DNA of 64,000 nt from Candidatus Rariloculaceae bacterium (GTDB lineage Bacteria; Pseudomonadota; Gammaproteobacteria; Steroidobacterales; Rariloculaceae): NCBI GenBank assembly GCA_965221035.1, contig OZ244860.1, forward strand, positions 3,733,414 to 3,797,413. Direction: 5' to 3'. The position numbers and the translations under genes are program-made. The notes under the pieces were generated by a model. The model was given only the letters and a program-made list of their open reading frames with translations. It was not told where the DNA came from and searched no databases. Each line of letters starts with the position of its first letter. The stretch's first letter is position 1. Shown one piece after another: positions 31,107-40,036 of the stretch.

Positions 31107-31883
31107 TCATTGCGCTTCGCCGGGCACGTTGCCGGCGACTCGCTTGACGATGTCGTCCCGCGTCGCGATCAGCGGTTCCTTGAGCATGAATTCTATCCGG
31201 TCGTAGCGCGTCTTGGGCACGGGAATCGAAAGCGCCAGCGGGCGGTCGAATGCGTCGAGGAGGGCCGTGCCCACCGCGCAGATTCCGTCGGTGTGCTCCT
31301 CAATGTCGTAAGCGATGCCGCTGGCAATCGTCGCCCGCACCTGTTGTTCCAGTAGCTCCGGGTCCGTGATCGTCGCGTCGGTGTCGTTCGCCAGAGGACG
31401 ACGGAGCAACGTTCGTCGCCGCTCTTTGGGGAGGCAGGCAAGCAACGCCTTGCCGTTCGCCGTGCTGTGCAGCGGAAAGGCGGTTCCGACACGCGAGATT
31501 GCCGCGAGACGGTGCGAGCCGGCGACCTGGTCGATGAAGATCGCCTGGTTGTCGCTCAGGATCGACAAGTCCACGGTTTCACCAACCGTCCGTGACAGTT
31601 CGACGAGGTACGGGCGCGCCAGACCGACCATGTCGGTCGTCGCTGAGCGGCCGAGACGGACCAGTGCCGGACCCAGCTTGACCCGGCCATTGGAGGAGGC
31701 CGGCATCAGGAATTTCTCCTCGACCAGCGACGCGACGATGCGCTGAACCGTCGAACGGGCCAGATTCACGCGACCCGCGATCACTCCCAGGCTCAAGCCC
31801 GCGGTTTCATGCTCGAGCGTGCGCAATACCTCGGCCGCCCTGGAAATCACCTGTATGCTGGTGCGTTCTCGCGCCTGGGCCAT
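31107..31883 (-). CDS. IclR family regulator
   Basis: SIQVISRA..VL, LARSTVQRI, PLHSTANGKALL, EEHTDGICAV. Confidence 0.92.
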   Translation of the reverse strand: MAQARERTSIQVISRAAEVLRTLEHETAGLSLGVIAGRVNLARSTVQRIVASLVEEKFLMPASSNGRVKLGPALVRLGRSATTDMVGLARPYLVELSRTVGETVDLSILSDNQAIFIDQVAGSHRLAAISRVGTAFPLHSTANGKALLACLPKERRRTLLRRPLANDTDATITDPELLEQQVRATIASGIAYDIEEHTDGICAVGTALLDAFDRPLALSIPVPKTRYDRIEFMLKEPLIATRDDIVKRVAGNVPGEAQ

Positions 31884-31884
31884 A

Positions 31885-31957
31885 TTGACAATCCAGCTTC
31901 CATTCGTACCGTATGCTTGTATCGTATAGTAGTACACATATATCGCATAGCGGTAAA
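31885..31957 (+). promoter_or_regulatory. Probable promoter and IclR operator region
   Basis: TTGACA-16-TACCGT, then imperfect palindromes TGTATCGTATAGTAGTACA and TATCGCATAGCGGTA in an AT-rich divergent spacer. Confidence 0.5.
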
Positions 31958-31973
31958 TTTCAGGAGAAAGCAA

Positions 31974-32843
31974 ATGCCCGGATGGAAAGAAGGTGATTGG
32001 CGAGACGAAGATCTCTGCCGATTCGAGGAGTCCAACCTCGACAACCGCATGGGGATCGAGTTCTATGATCTGACCCACCCTTGGGGCGTGGGGCAGCCGT
32101 GCTGGCCGTACTTCGAGGACGTGAAGATCGAGCGCCTTCACAACATGTCAAAGTCCGGCGTCCTCACGCAGAAGATCACGACCGTCATGCACTCGGGCAC
32201 GCACATTGACGCGCCGGGTCATGTCGTGCCGGGAACGCCCTTCATGGACGAGGTTCCGCTGCCGAATTTCTTCGGCACCGGTGTGGTTGTTTCGATTCCA
32301 AAGAAGAAATGGGAGGTCATCACCCCGGAAGACCTCGAAAATGCGCGGCCGAAGATACGCCAGGGCGACATCGTCATCGTCAATACGGGCTGGCACAAGT
32401 ACTACGGCGACAACCAGCACTACTACGGCTACTCGCCGGGCTTCTACAAGGAAGCGGGGGAGTGGTTCGTCGAAAGGAAAGTCAAGATGGTCGGTTCCGA
32501 CACGCAAGCGCTCGACCACCCGTTGGGCACCGCCATCGCGCCCCACGGACCCGGCAAGCCGGACGGTCTGTTGCCGCATGTCTGCCAGGAATACCTTGAA
32601 ACCACGGGGCGCACCGTGCTTGAGGATTTCCCCGACTGGGAACCGTGCCACAAGGCCATCCTGTCGAACGGCATCCTGGGATTCGAGAACGTCGGCGGCG
32701 ACATCGACAAGGTGACCGGCAAGCGCGTCACGTTTGCCGCGTTCCCATGGCGCTGGAAGAGGGGCGACGGCTGCATCGTTCGCCTGGTCGCCATGCTCGA
32801 TCCCAGCGGCGAGTATCGCATCGAGACCGGCGAGTCCGACTGA
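31974..32843 (+). CDS. Cyclase-family metallohydrolase (dihydrophloroglucinol cyclohydrolase candidate)
   Basis: HSGTHIDAPGH motif; gene context. Confidence 0.88.
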   Translation: MPGWKEGDWRDEDLCRFEESNLDNRMGIEFYDLTHPWGVGQPCWPYFEDVKIERLHNMSKSGVLTQKITTVMHSGTHIDAPGHVVPGTPFMDEVPLPNFFGTGVVVSIPKKKWEVITPEDLENARPKIRQGDIVIVNTGWHKYYGDNQHYYGYSPGFYKEAGEWFVERKVKMVGSDTQALDHPLGTAIAPHGPGKPDGLLPHVCQEYLETTGRTVLEDFPDWEPCHKAILSNGILGFENVGGDIDKVTGKRVTFAAFPWRWKRGDGCIVRLVAMLDPSGEYRIETGESD

Positions 32844-32867
32844 CGACGCGCCGGACAACAGGAGAAA

Positions 32868-33224
32868 ATGACCATGCAAATCACACGCTTCGCCGATGCG
32901 CAACGCTACGATGTCCCCGGCCACTACGACATGCGCGCACTGCGGTTACAGGGGTTCGATGCCAGCGATTCGAAGTTCGCGTGGGCCGGGTTGTCCCAGT
33001 TTCTGCCGGGCGGGGGCGCGGAGATGGACGCAAGTCCGCTGGAGAAGATCTACGTCGTCCTGGACGGCGAGGTGACGGTCGAACTGGGCGACGGCACCAT
33101 CGAGAAGCTCGGCAAGCTCGATAGCTGTTACATAGCCGGCGGCGTGTCCCGCGCGGTGCGCAACGACAGAAATGATGTCGCAACGATGCTCGTGCTGATG
33201 CCCTATCCGGAATCCGCCTCATGA
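32868..33224 (+). CDS. Cupin domain protein
   Basis: EKIYVVLDGEVTV...DSCYI beta-barrel pattern. Confidence 0.8.
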   Translation: MTMQITRFADAQRYDVPGHYDMRALRLQGFDASDSKFAWAGLSQFLPGGGAEMDASPLEKIYVVLDGEVTVELGDGTIEKLGKLDSCYIAGGVSRAVRNDRNDVATMLVLMPYPESAS

Positions 33225-34021
33225 GCCTGCCGAAAATCGACACCTCCAAGCTGTTCGACGTCTCCGGAAAATCGGCGATCATCGTCGGCGCGACGGGTTC
33301 GTTCGGCAAGGTCTGCGCCGCGACGCTGGGCGACGCGGGGGCAAGGCTCGTCATCGCCGCCGGCAACGCGGACAATCTCGCCGAGGTGGGCGGGGAGCTG
33401 CGTGCCGCCGGTGCCGAGGCGGTCGAGGTCGCAAGAAGGCCGAATACGCCCGAAGATTGCGACGCGATCGTTTCCGCCGCGGTCGAGGCCCACGGCGGAG
33501 TCGACATCCTCGTGGTCGCTTCGGGTTTCAATGAAGTCTCGCCCATCGTCGACATGGAGCCGGAGCGTTTCGGGAAGATCATGCTCGCCAACGTCGACGG
33601 GCCGTGGCTGATGGCGAGATCGGCCGGCCGGCGGATGATCGAGCAGGGCAGGGGAGGCAAGGTCGTGTTCACGTCTTCGGCGCGCGGCAAGCTGGGCCAC
33701 CCGGCAGGATATTCGGCCTATTGCACTTCGAAGTCGGCGACCGACGGGCTCACCAAGGCCCTGGGCTGCGAGTGGGGCAAGTACGGCATCACAGTCAATG
33801 CGCTCGGACCGACCGTGTTCCGCTCGCCGGTGACGGAGTGGATGTTCGGGGAAGACGAGCACGCGCGCAGGGTTCGCGAGGGATTTGTGGCCCGGGTGCC
33901 GGTGGGCCGGCTCGGCGAGCCGGAAGATCTGGCGGGGCCGCTCCTGTTCCTGTGTTCGGCGGCGTCCGATTTCCACACCGGCCACATCGTGTACGCCGAC
34001 GGCGGCTACACGGCGGGTTGA
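33221..34021 (+). CDS. SDR oxidoreductase (phloroglucinol reductase candidate)
   Basis: GATGSFG, YCTSK, VNALGP, DGGYTA. Confidence 0.9.
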   Translation: MSLPKIDTSKLFDVSGKSAIIVGATGSFGKVCAATLGDAGARLVIAAGNADNLAEVGGELRAAGAEAVEVARRPNTPEDCDAIVSAAVEAHGGVDILVVASGFNEVSPIVDMEPERFGKIMLANVDGPWLMARSAGRRMIEQGRGGKVVFTSSARGKLGHPAGYSAYCTSKSATDGLTKALGCEWGKYGITVNALGPTVFRSPVTEWMFGEDEHARRVREGFVARVPVGRLGEPEDLAGPLLFLCSAASDFHTGHIVYADGGYTAG

Positions 34022-34026
34022 ATCCC

Positions 34027-34944
34027 GTGACGGGCAAGCGGCCGGTCGCCGTGCTCGGCGGCGGGCTGATGGGTGCGGGGATCGCGCAGGTATTCGCCGC
34101 CGCGGGCTTTGGCGTTCGCGTCTACGAGCCGATCGACGAAGCACGCGAGACCGTGAAGGCGCGCATCGTCGAGAACCTGCGCATGATCGGTGGCGATGTG
34201 ACGGCGGTCGGAGCGGTGACGGTCCACGCCGATTTGGAGCCGGTCGTATCGTCGGCTGGTTTCGTGACCGAGGCCGTACCCGAGAAGCTGGACCTTAAGC
34301 GCTCCTTGTTCGCAGACCTCGAGCGACTCGCTCCGAACGACGCGATACTCGCCAGCAACTCCTCGGTCATACCCATATCGAACATTGCGGACGGCCTGGA
34401 AACGGCGGACCGGATGGTGGGCACGCACTGGTGGAATCCCCCCTACCTCATTCCGCTCGTCGAGGTCATCAAGGGCGCCATGACCAGCGCGGAAACCATG
34501 GATGCGACCATGATGCTCATGCGGGATCTGGGCAAGGAAGCGGCCTACATCCGCAAGGACGTGCCCGGTTTCGTCGCAAATCGCCTTCAGCACGCGCTAT
34601 GGCGCGAGGCGATCGCGATGGTGGCGGAAGGCATCTGCGACGCGCGCACGGTCGATACCTGCATCAAGAACAGCCTGGGCCAGCGGTTGGGTGCGCTCGG
34701 ACCGCTGGAGAACGCCGACATGGTGGGTCTCGACCTGACGCTGGACATCCACCGGACCATCATCCCCGAACTCGATCGCAGCGCCGGTCCGAACCCCTAT
34801 CTGAAGGCGCGAGTCGAAGCCGGCAAACTCGGATTCAAGACCCGCGAGGGCTTCATGAGCTGGACAGACGACGAAATGGCGGCGCTGCGCCGGCGGCTGG
34901 CGGAGCACCTGGTCAAGGCGCAGCGCAAGGGCAGTTCATCGTGA
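34027..34944 (+). CDS. 3-hydroxyacyl-CoA dehydrogenase family protein (3-hydroxy-5-oxohexanoate dehydrogenase candidate)
   Basis: GGGLMGAGIA, EAVPEKLDLK, SNSS, HWWNPP, PGFVANRLQ. Confidence 0.9.
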   Translation: MTGKRPVAVLGGGLMGAGIAQVFAAAGFGVRVYEPIDEARETVKARIVENLRMIGGDVTAVGAVTVHADLEPVVSSAGFVTEAVPEKLDLKRSLFADLERLAPNDAILASNSSVIPISNIADGLETADRMVGTHWWNPPYLIPLVEVIKGAMTSAETMDATMMLMRDLGKEAAYIRKDVPGFVANRLQHALWREAIAMVAEGICDARTVDTCIKNSLGQRLGALGPLENADMVGLDLTLDIHRTIIPELDRSAGPNPYLKARVEAGKLGFKTREGFMSWTDDEMAALRRRLAEHLVKAQRKGSSS

Positions 34945-35046
34945 AGGGTGGTCGGGAAGGTCAGTCCCGCAAGTTCAACGAGGAGTGCGGCCGGTTGGGA
35001 AACCTGGGCTATACTGTCGCGACTTCGACCGCCGAGGGTAATCGAC

Positions 35047-36234
35047 ATGCGCAAGCCAGCTGCCGCGGGCGCCGTGATCGCTGCTGCGCTCGTTAGTGCA
35101 GTCGCCGCGGCGCAGGCACCGGAATCGTCGCCGCCGTTACCGGAGCTTCCGAAGCTTCTTGTGACCTACGAACACTCGATCCGGGTGGTCGAAGTGGCCG
35201 GCGGCCTCGCCAACCCCTGGAGCATCGCCTTTCTGCCCACCGGTGACATTCTCGTCACCGAGCGTCCCGGGCGGCTCCGGATCCTGCGCGGCGGCAGTCT
35301 CGATCCCGATCCCATCCCCGGTGTTCCCGACGTTCGGGTTACGGTGCTCGGCGGCCTGCTCGATGTCTTGCTGCACCCCGATTACGAGACCAACGGCATC
35401 GTCTACCTGAGCTACTCGAAGGACATTGACGGCGAGAATCTGACGACAGCCATTGCGCGCGGCCGCTTCGACGGTGCAACGCTCGAAGGAGTCGAGGACA
35501 TCTTCGTCGCGAGTACGCGAAGCAACTCCGTGGTGAACTTCGGCGGCCGCATGGTGTTCGGTCCCGACGGGCACCTGTATATGGCCGTCGGCGATCGCTG
35601 GGAACAGAACCGCGCGCAGGATACCCTGGACCACGGCGGCAAGGTAATTCGTCTGAACGACGACGGTAGCGTTCCGGATGACAATCCCTTCGTCGGCCAG
35701 GCAGCCTATCTGCCGGAAATCTGGTCGCTCGGGCACCGCAGTCCGCAGGGGCTGGCCGTGCACCCGGAAACGGGGGAGATCTGGGAGAACGAGCACGGAC
35801 CTCTCGGCGGCGACGAGATCAACATAGTCAGACCTGGCCGCAACTACGGCTGGCCCATCGTCTCGTACGGCACCGGCTACGACGGCACGCAGATCACCGA
35901 CACCGGACTGACGACACGTGCCGATCTTGAGTCTCCGTTCATGTACTGGGTGCCGTCGATCGCGATATCAGGCATGAGTTTTTACACGGGCGACGCGTTC
36001 CCCGAGTGGCGGGGCAACGCCTTCGTCGGTGCATTGATGGAGGGGCGCGTTTCCTGGACCGGCCACATTCAGCGCCTGACCTTCAATGACGCCGGCCTGC
36101 CGATCATGCGCGAACCGATCATGGCCGAACTGAGGCAGAGGATTCGCGACGTCCGCCCTGGTCCTGACGGCCTGTTGTACGTGCTGACCGACGAGAATCC
36201 CGGGGCAGTGCTCAGGATCGAACCGGTCGAGTGA
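35047..36234 (+). CDS. Exported PQQ-dependent sugar dehydrogenase (YliI/Asd-like)
   Basis: PWSIAFLP, TERPGRL, GHRSPQG, EHGPLGGDEIN, RIRDV; signal peptide. Confidence 0.92.
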   Translation: MRKPAAAGAVIAAALVSAVAAAQAPESSPPLPELPKLLVTYEHSIRVVEVAGGLANPWSIAFLPTGDILVTERPGRLRILRGGSLDPDPIPGVPDVRVTVLGGLLDVLLHPDYETNGIVYLSYSKDIDGENLTTAIARGRFDGATLEGVEDIFVASTRSNSVVNFGGRMVFGPDGHLYMAVGDRWEQNRAQDTLDHGGKVIRLNDDGSVPDDNPFVGQAAYLPEIWSLGHRSPQGLAVHPETGEIWENEHGPLGGDEINIVRPGRNYGWPIVSYGTGYDGTQITDTGLTTRADLESPFMYWVPSIAISGMSFYTGDAFPEWRGNAFVGALMEGRVSWTGHIQRLTFNDAGLPIMREPIMAELRQRIRDVRPGPDGLLYVLTDENPGAVLRIEPVE

Positions 36235-36270
36235 CGCCGGGGCCGATGTCCGCGGCACCTCTTCAGACAA

Positions 36271-36669
36271 CTACTCCGCCGACACGTGTATCCACGCGAG
36301 TCCGTCTACATGGTCGAAATGTCTGTCGCAGGAAACGAGGTCGGTACCCGTTTCCATGGCATGCGCCGCGACCCAGATGTCGTTGGTCGGAATCGGGCGT
36401 CCCTTCGCACGCAACGACGCTGCGATTCTCGCATAGCGGTCAGCGGTGGTGAGGCTCATTGCAGCTGTCGCAACGAGAGGGCTGGCGAGAAAGGCGCGCA
36501 GTTCGCGGGTGTTCCGGTCCAGATATGAACCGTGCCTGAAGCCATATAGCAGCTCTCCTATGACAACGAGTGGCAAAAGGATTTCTTCGGACTCGCGGAC
36601 AATCTCGACGATCCGACGATGTCCCCGCTTAAGGTGCGAATACGCATTGGAATCCAGGAGGATCCTCAC
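36271..36669 (-). CDS. vapC: VapC/FitB PIN-domain toxin
   Basis: ILLDSNAY, GELLYG, PIPTNDIWVAA, SCDRHF; GTG start overlaps the antitoxin stop. Confidence 0.92.
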   Translation of the reverse strand: MRILLDSNAYSHLKRGHRRIVEIVRESEEILLPLVVIGELLYGFRHGSYLDRNTRELRAFLASPLVATAAMSLTTADRYARIAASLRAKGRPIPTNDIWVAAHAMETGTDLVSCDRHFDHVDGLAWIHVSAE

Positions 36670-36929
36670 TTCCACATTTCCTCGTCGATCCGGGAAAAAT
36701 CTTCGAGGGCCCGATTCATCTCGGCAGCTTCTTCCTTCGTCCACGTGCCGATCAGGTGATCCAGAGAGTCCCCCACGACGTTCGGCATCGAATTGCGTTC
36801 TTCGAGGCCGGCACCACGGCGCAGCAACCTCAGCACCGCTCGATTCAACGAGATTGCCTCGCGGTTTGCGAGCTGCCTGATCCGATTCGCCAACTCGTCG
36901 TCAAAACCTCTGATCGTAAGTTGGTGCAT
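36666..36929 (-). CDS. FitA-like RHH antitoxin
   Basis: MHQLTIRGFDDEL...SLNRAVL; upstream GAGTCA...TGACTC palindrome at ~36946-36972. Confidence 0.82.
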   Translation of the reverse strand: MHQLTIRGFDDELANRIRQLANREAISLNRAVLRLLRRGAGLEERNSMPNVVGDSLDHLIGTWTKEEAAEMNRALEDFSRIDEEMWK

Positions 36930-37062
36930 CGTAGGCCTCCGGATCGAGTCACACATTTAGTCAATATGACTCACCCTAGTGACTCACATCGCAAGCGTCA
37001 AGTATCAAGTTCACCGCGACGACGGTACGATAGGACCGCTCGTGCAAGTGCCCCAACTATCC

Positions 37063-38397
37063 ATGTTGCAACGTGTCACCAGCTTCTTCGTCCGCGCGGC
37101 CGAGCGCTGGACGCCCGACCCGCTGGTCATCGCCATCTTCCTGACGGGAGTCGCGCTGGCGGCGGCGCTTCTGTTCACGGGGTTCACGGCCGGGCAGGCT
37201 GTCGATGCGTGGGGCAACGGCTACTGGACGCTGCTGCGTTTCACGGCGCAGATGATACTGATCCTGGCGCTGGGTCATGTGCTGGCGCATACACGCGCTG
37301 TACACAGCCTGCTGGTGGCCATTGCCGGCACCATTCGTTCCGCGAGGATGGCCTATGTCGGGCTGACCACGATCGCGGTCCTTGCGTCACTCGTCTCGTG
37401 GGGGCTCGGCCTGATCGTACCGGCAATACTCGCGCGCATCATCGCGGGCAACTGCCGCGAGCGGGGGATCCAGGTACACTTCCCGCTGCTCGTCGCCAGC
37501 GCATATTGCGGAAACGTAGTCGGCATGCAGGGACTGTCTTCGTCCATCGCGCTGGTGCTGAACACGCCCGGACATTTCCTTGAGGACGAGGTCGGACTGA
37601 TAGGGCTCGATCAGACTATATTTTCCTGGTGGAGCCTGTCGATTGTTGCCGCGATCATGGTCATCCTGCCCCAGGCCCTTGCCAGAGCGGCACCTCATCG
37701 CGATCAGATTGTGGAGATGCCGGCCAAGGCAGGCGGCTTGACGGATTCCGACGAACGCCCCAAGCCTGGTCCGGGCGCCTCCCCGTCGGAAAGACTCGAA
37801 AACGCCAGGTGGGTCACGCTTCTGCTTGCGTTCTTCGGCGCGGTGTACGTGGTGCGGTTTTTTGCCGCCGGCGGCGAACTTCAGCTCGACAGCCTGAACA
37901 TGATCTTTGTGGTCCTCGGACTGGCATTCGCCGATTCGCCCAAGCACTACATCAGGCTTCTCGGCGATGCGGCCAAGGTGGCCGGACCCTTCCTCATCCA
38001 GTATCCGCTCTATTCCGGGCTGATGGGCCTGATCGCCGATTCCGGGCTCGGCGAGCTGATTGTAAGCGGCTTCGTCGCGGTATCGAATTCGGCGACCTTG
38101 CCGCTATGGACATTCTTCAGCGCGGCGTTGCTGAACCTGTTCATCCCTTCCGCGGGCGGACAGTGGGCGGTCCAGGGACCCATCGTCGTCGAAGCGGCGG
38201 CGCAACTCGGCGCGGATCTTCCAAGAGTCGCCATGGCGGTTGCCGTGGGCGAAGTCTGGACGAATACCATCCAGCCCTTGTTCGCAGTGCCCGTGCTGGC
38301 CATCGCGGGCCTTCATCTTCGTCACATCATGGGCTACTGTGTCATCGCGCTGCTGACTTTGGCGCCGATCTATCTGATTGCGTTGATTTTCTTCTAG
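37063..38397 (+). CDS. atoE: Short-chain fatty acid transporter
   Basis: ERWTPDPLVIA, F.AQM.LIL, IQYPLYSG, PSAGGQWAVQGP, WTNTIQP, IMGYC. Confidence 0.88.
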   Translation: MLQRVTSFFVRAAERWTPDPLVIAIFLTGVALAAALLFTGFTAGQAVDAWGNGYWTLLRFTAQMILILALGHVLAHTRAVHSLLVAIAGTIRSARMAYVGLTTIAVLASLVSWGLGLIVPAILARIIAGNCRERGIQVHFPLLVASAYCGNVVGMQGLSSSIALVLNTPGHFLEDEVGLIGLDQTIFSWWSLSIVAAIMVILPQALARAAPHRDQIVEMPAKAGGLTDSDERPKPGPGASPSERLENARWVTLLLAFFGAVYVVRFFAAGGELQLDSLNMIFVVLGLAFADSPKHYIRLLGDAAKVAGPFLIQYPLYSGLMGLIADSGLGELIVSGFVAVSNSATLPLWTFFSAALLNLFIPSAGGQWAVQGPIVVEAAAQLGADLPRVAMAVAVGEVWTNTIQPLFAVPVLAIAGLHLRHIMGYCVIALLTLAPIYLIALIFF

Positions 38398-38419
38398 GCG
38401 AGCGAGCCTTGTCCCAAGT

Positions 38420-39328
38420 TCACTTGGGCACGAACTTGTCGCGATTCATGAAATGGAAGAGTTGCGTCGAATCCTTTTCCATGGGCATTGCGCGGGGAAC
38501 CCAGTCGTCGTCGTGCAGGTCCATGTCGGCGTCGTATTCGACGTGGATGCCGAGTGGACTGTTGAAGTACCAGAACCAGTTCGACCCAAGGATGTGGCGA
38601 CCGGGTCCCCAGAACGTCTCGTACCCCTTGTCGGCAAAGCGGTAACCGGCCTGCAGGAATTCGGTGGGACCTGCCATGTGAAACGTGAAGTGTTCGCAGC
38701 CTTGCATGAAGGGCGGTGTCTGTATCATGAACAGTGTGTGATGCTCGTTGGTTCCCGCAGGCCGCATGAACGCGCCAACGCCAAGGAACCGGTCCGTCGT
38801 GACAAAACCGAGACGCCGCGCGTAGAAGGCTTCACACTTGTCCGAGTCAGGCACGAAATAGACCACGTGCGACAGCGTGCGGGGCCTCGGGTCCGCATCG
38901 GGGTCCGCGGCGACCTCGTTGACCGGCCGCAGTGGCGGGGCGCCCGGAGAGTTGACCGGCTCGCCGGGCAAGTCCAGTTCCCTGCGCACGGTGACCTGGA
39001 ACCCGAGGGAGAATCCAAGGTCGTCCTCGGCTTCGATGGACCCGTCCGCGAGCGTCCGGACCTCACGATCCTTGCCGAGCTCCGCAGCAATGGCTTCCAC
39101 CGTGGCCTGGTCGGCGACGCCATAGAGCGTCTTGCGAAGCATGTTTCCGGTCTCAAGAGGCGCTGGCAGCGACTTGTCGCTCCTGGCCTTGATCACGACG
39201 GATGTGCCATCCAGCGCTTCGAATACGCCCTCGCCCCTGGGATGAAGGCCATAGTCGATGAAATACCGGGTGCAAGCTTCGATGTCGTCGACGCCGAAGA
39301 TCAGGGAATCAGGTCCGATGATGTTCAT
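38420..39328 (-). CDS. Two-domain VOC extradiol dioxygenase (FdeC-like), intact copy
   Basis: LSHVVYFVPD, HHTLF, EHFTFH, WGPGRHILGSNWFWYFNSP..HVEY. Confidence 0.88.
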   Translation of the reverse strand: MNIIGPDSLIFGVDDIEACTRYFIDYGLHPRGEGVFEALDGTSVVIKARSDKSLPAPLETGNMLRKTLYGVADQATVEAIAAELGKDREVRTLADGSIEAEDDLGFSLGFQVTVRRELDLPGEPVNSPGAPPLRPVNEVAADPDADPRPRTLSHVVYFVPDSDKCEAFYARRLGFVTTDRFLGVGAFMRPAGTNEHHTLFMIQTPPFMQGCEHFTFHMAGPTEFLQAGYRFADKGYETFWGPGRHILGSNWFWYFNSPLGIHVEYDADMDLHDDDWVPRAMPMEKDSTQLFHFMNRDKFVPK

Positions 39329-39589
39329 TGGTGCTCCTCTTGGTGCAGGATCCACCCGATGCGACACAAAGTGGTTCCGGTGCGAAGCCCTGAATTGAAA
39401 CACTCGCACGAGAACAAGTCGAATTGATTCTCCTTATGGCAACCCACAAGCAATCAAACCGGGGCCCCTCGAATCGGATCATTGGGCGGATGGCGCCCGA
39501 GGCGTTATCCTTGGCTTCCTAACCTGGGGGCCATCATAAAGGCGACCATCGCATGTCTGAAAAGCAGTATTGATTGTTGGTGGCCGCTC

Positions 39590-39727
39590 CCTTTCAAGAC
39601 CGTCGACAGGCGCCAGGATGACCCACCGGTTCTTGTCGCCACAGCTGATCGCAATCGTGAGGTTCTGGATTGGATACCGAACTACGATAATCTGGAAGCT
39701 ATTGCCCGGACGGCGTTAGCCTGGTAG
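39590..39727 (+). pseudogene. C-terminal remnant of galE-like UDP-glucose 4-epimerase
   Basis: RRQDDPPVLVATADRNREVLDWIPNYDNLEAIARTALAW resembles the GalE C-terminus; rest absent. Confidence 0.65.
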
Positions 39728-40036
39728 GAGTAGCTCGCCCAGGAAACGGCCTAATGCGATCAACAGAATCACGCGTCATGGGAATGATCCAGACCTGCTA
39801 GCCGGCTGCAATCACGGTCCAGCCAAGCAAATGGACGCCGACGTACAGGCATGTGTATCGCCGGACAACTCTCAAACACAACCCGCGCCTCGGAAACGCT
39901 TCGTGCTATGGTCGTGGCTGGGGCTCTGGCCAATGGGCTCCCCATCCGGCCACCGACTGGGCAGCGTCCCAACCGCCGGCCAGGTCTACGCATGACTCAC
40001 AGGCCTGAGGCGAAGCCCCGCCAGAGGAACAAGCAC

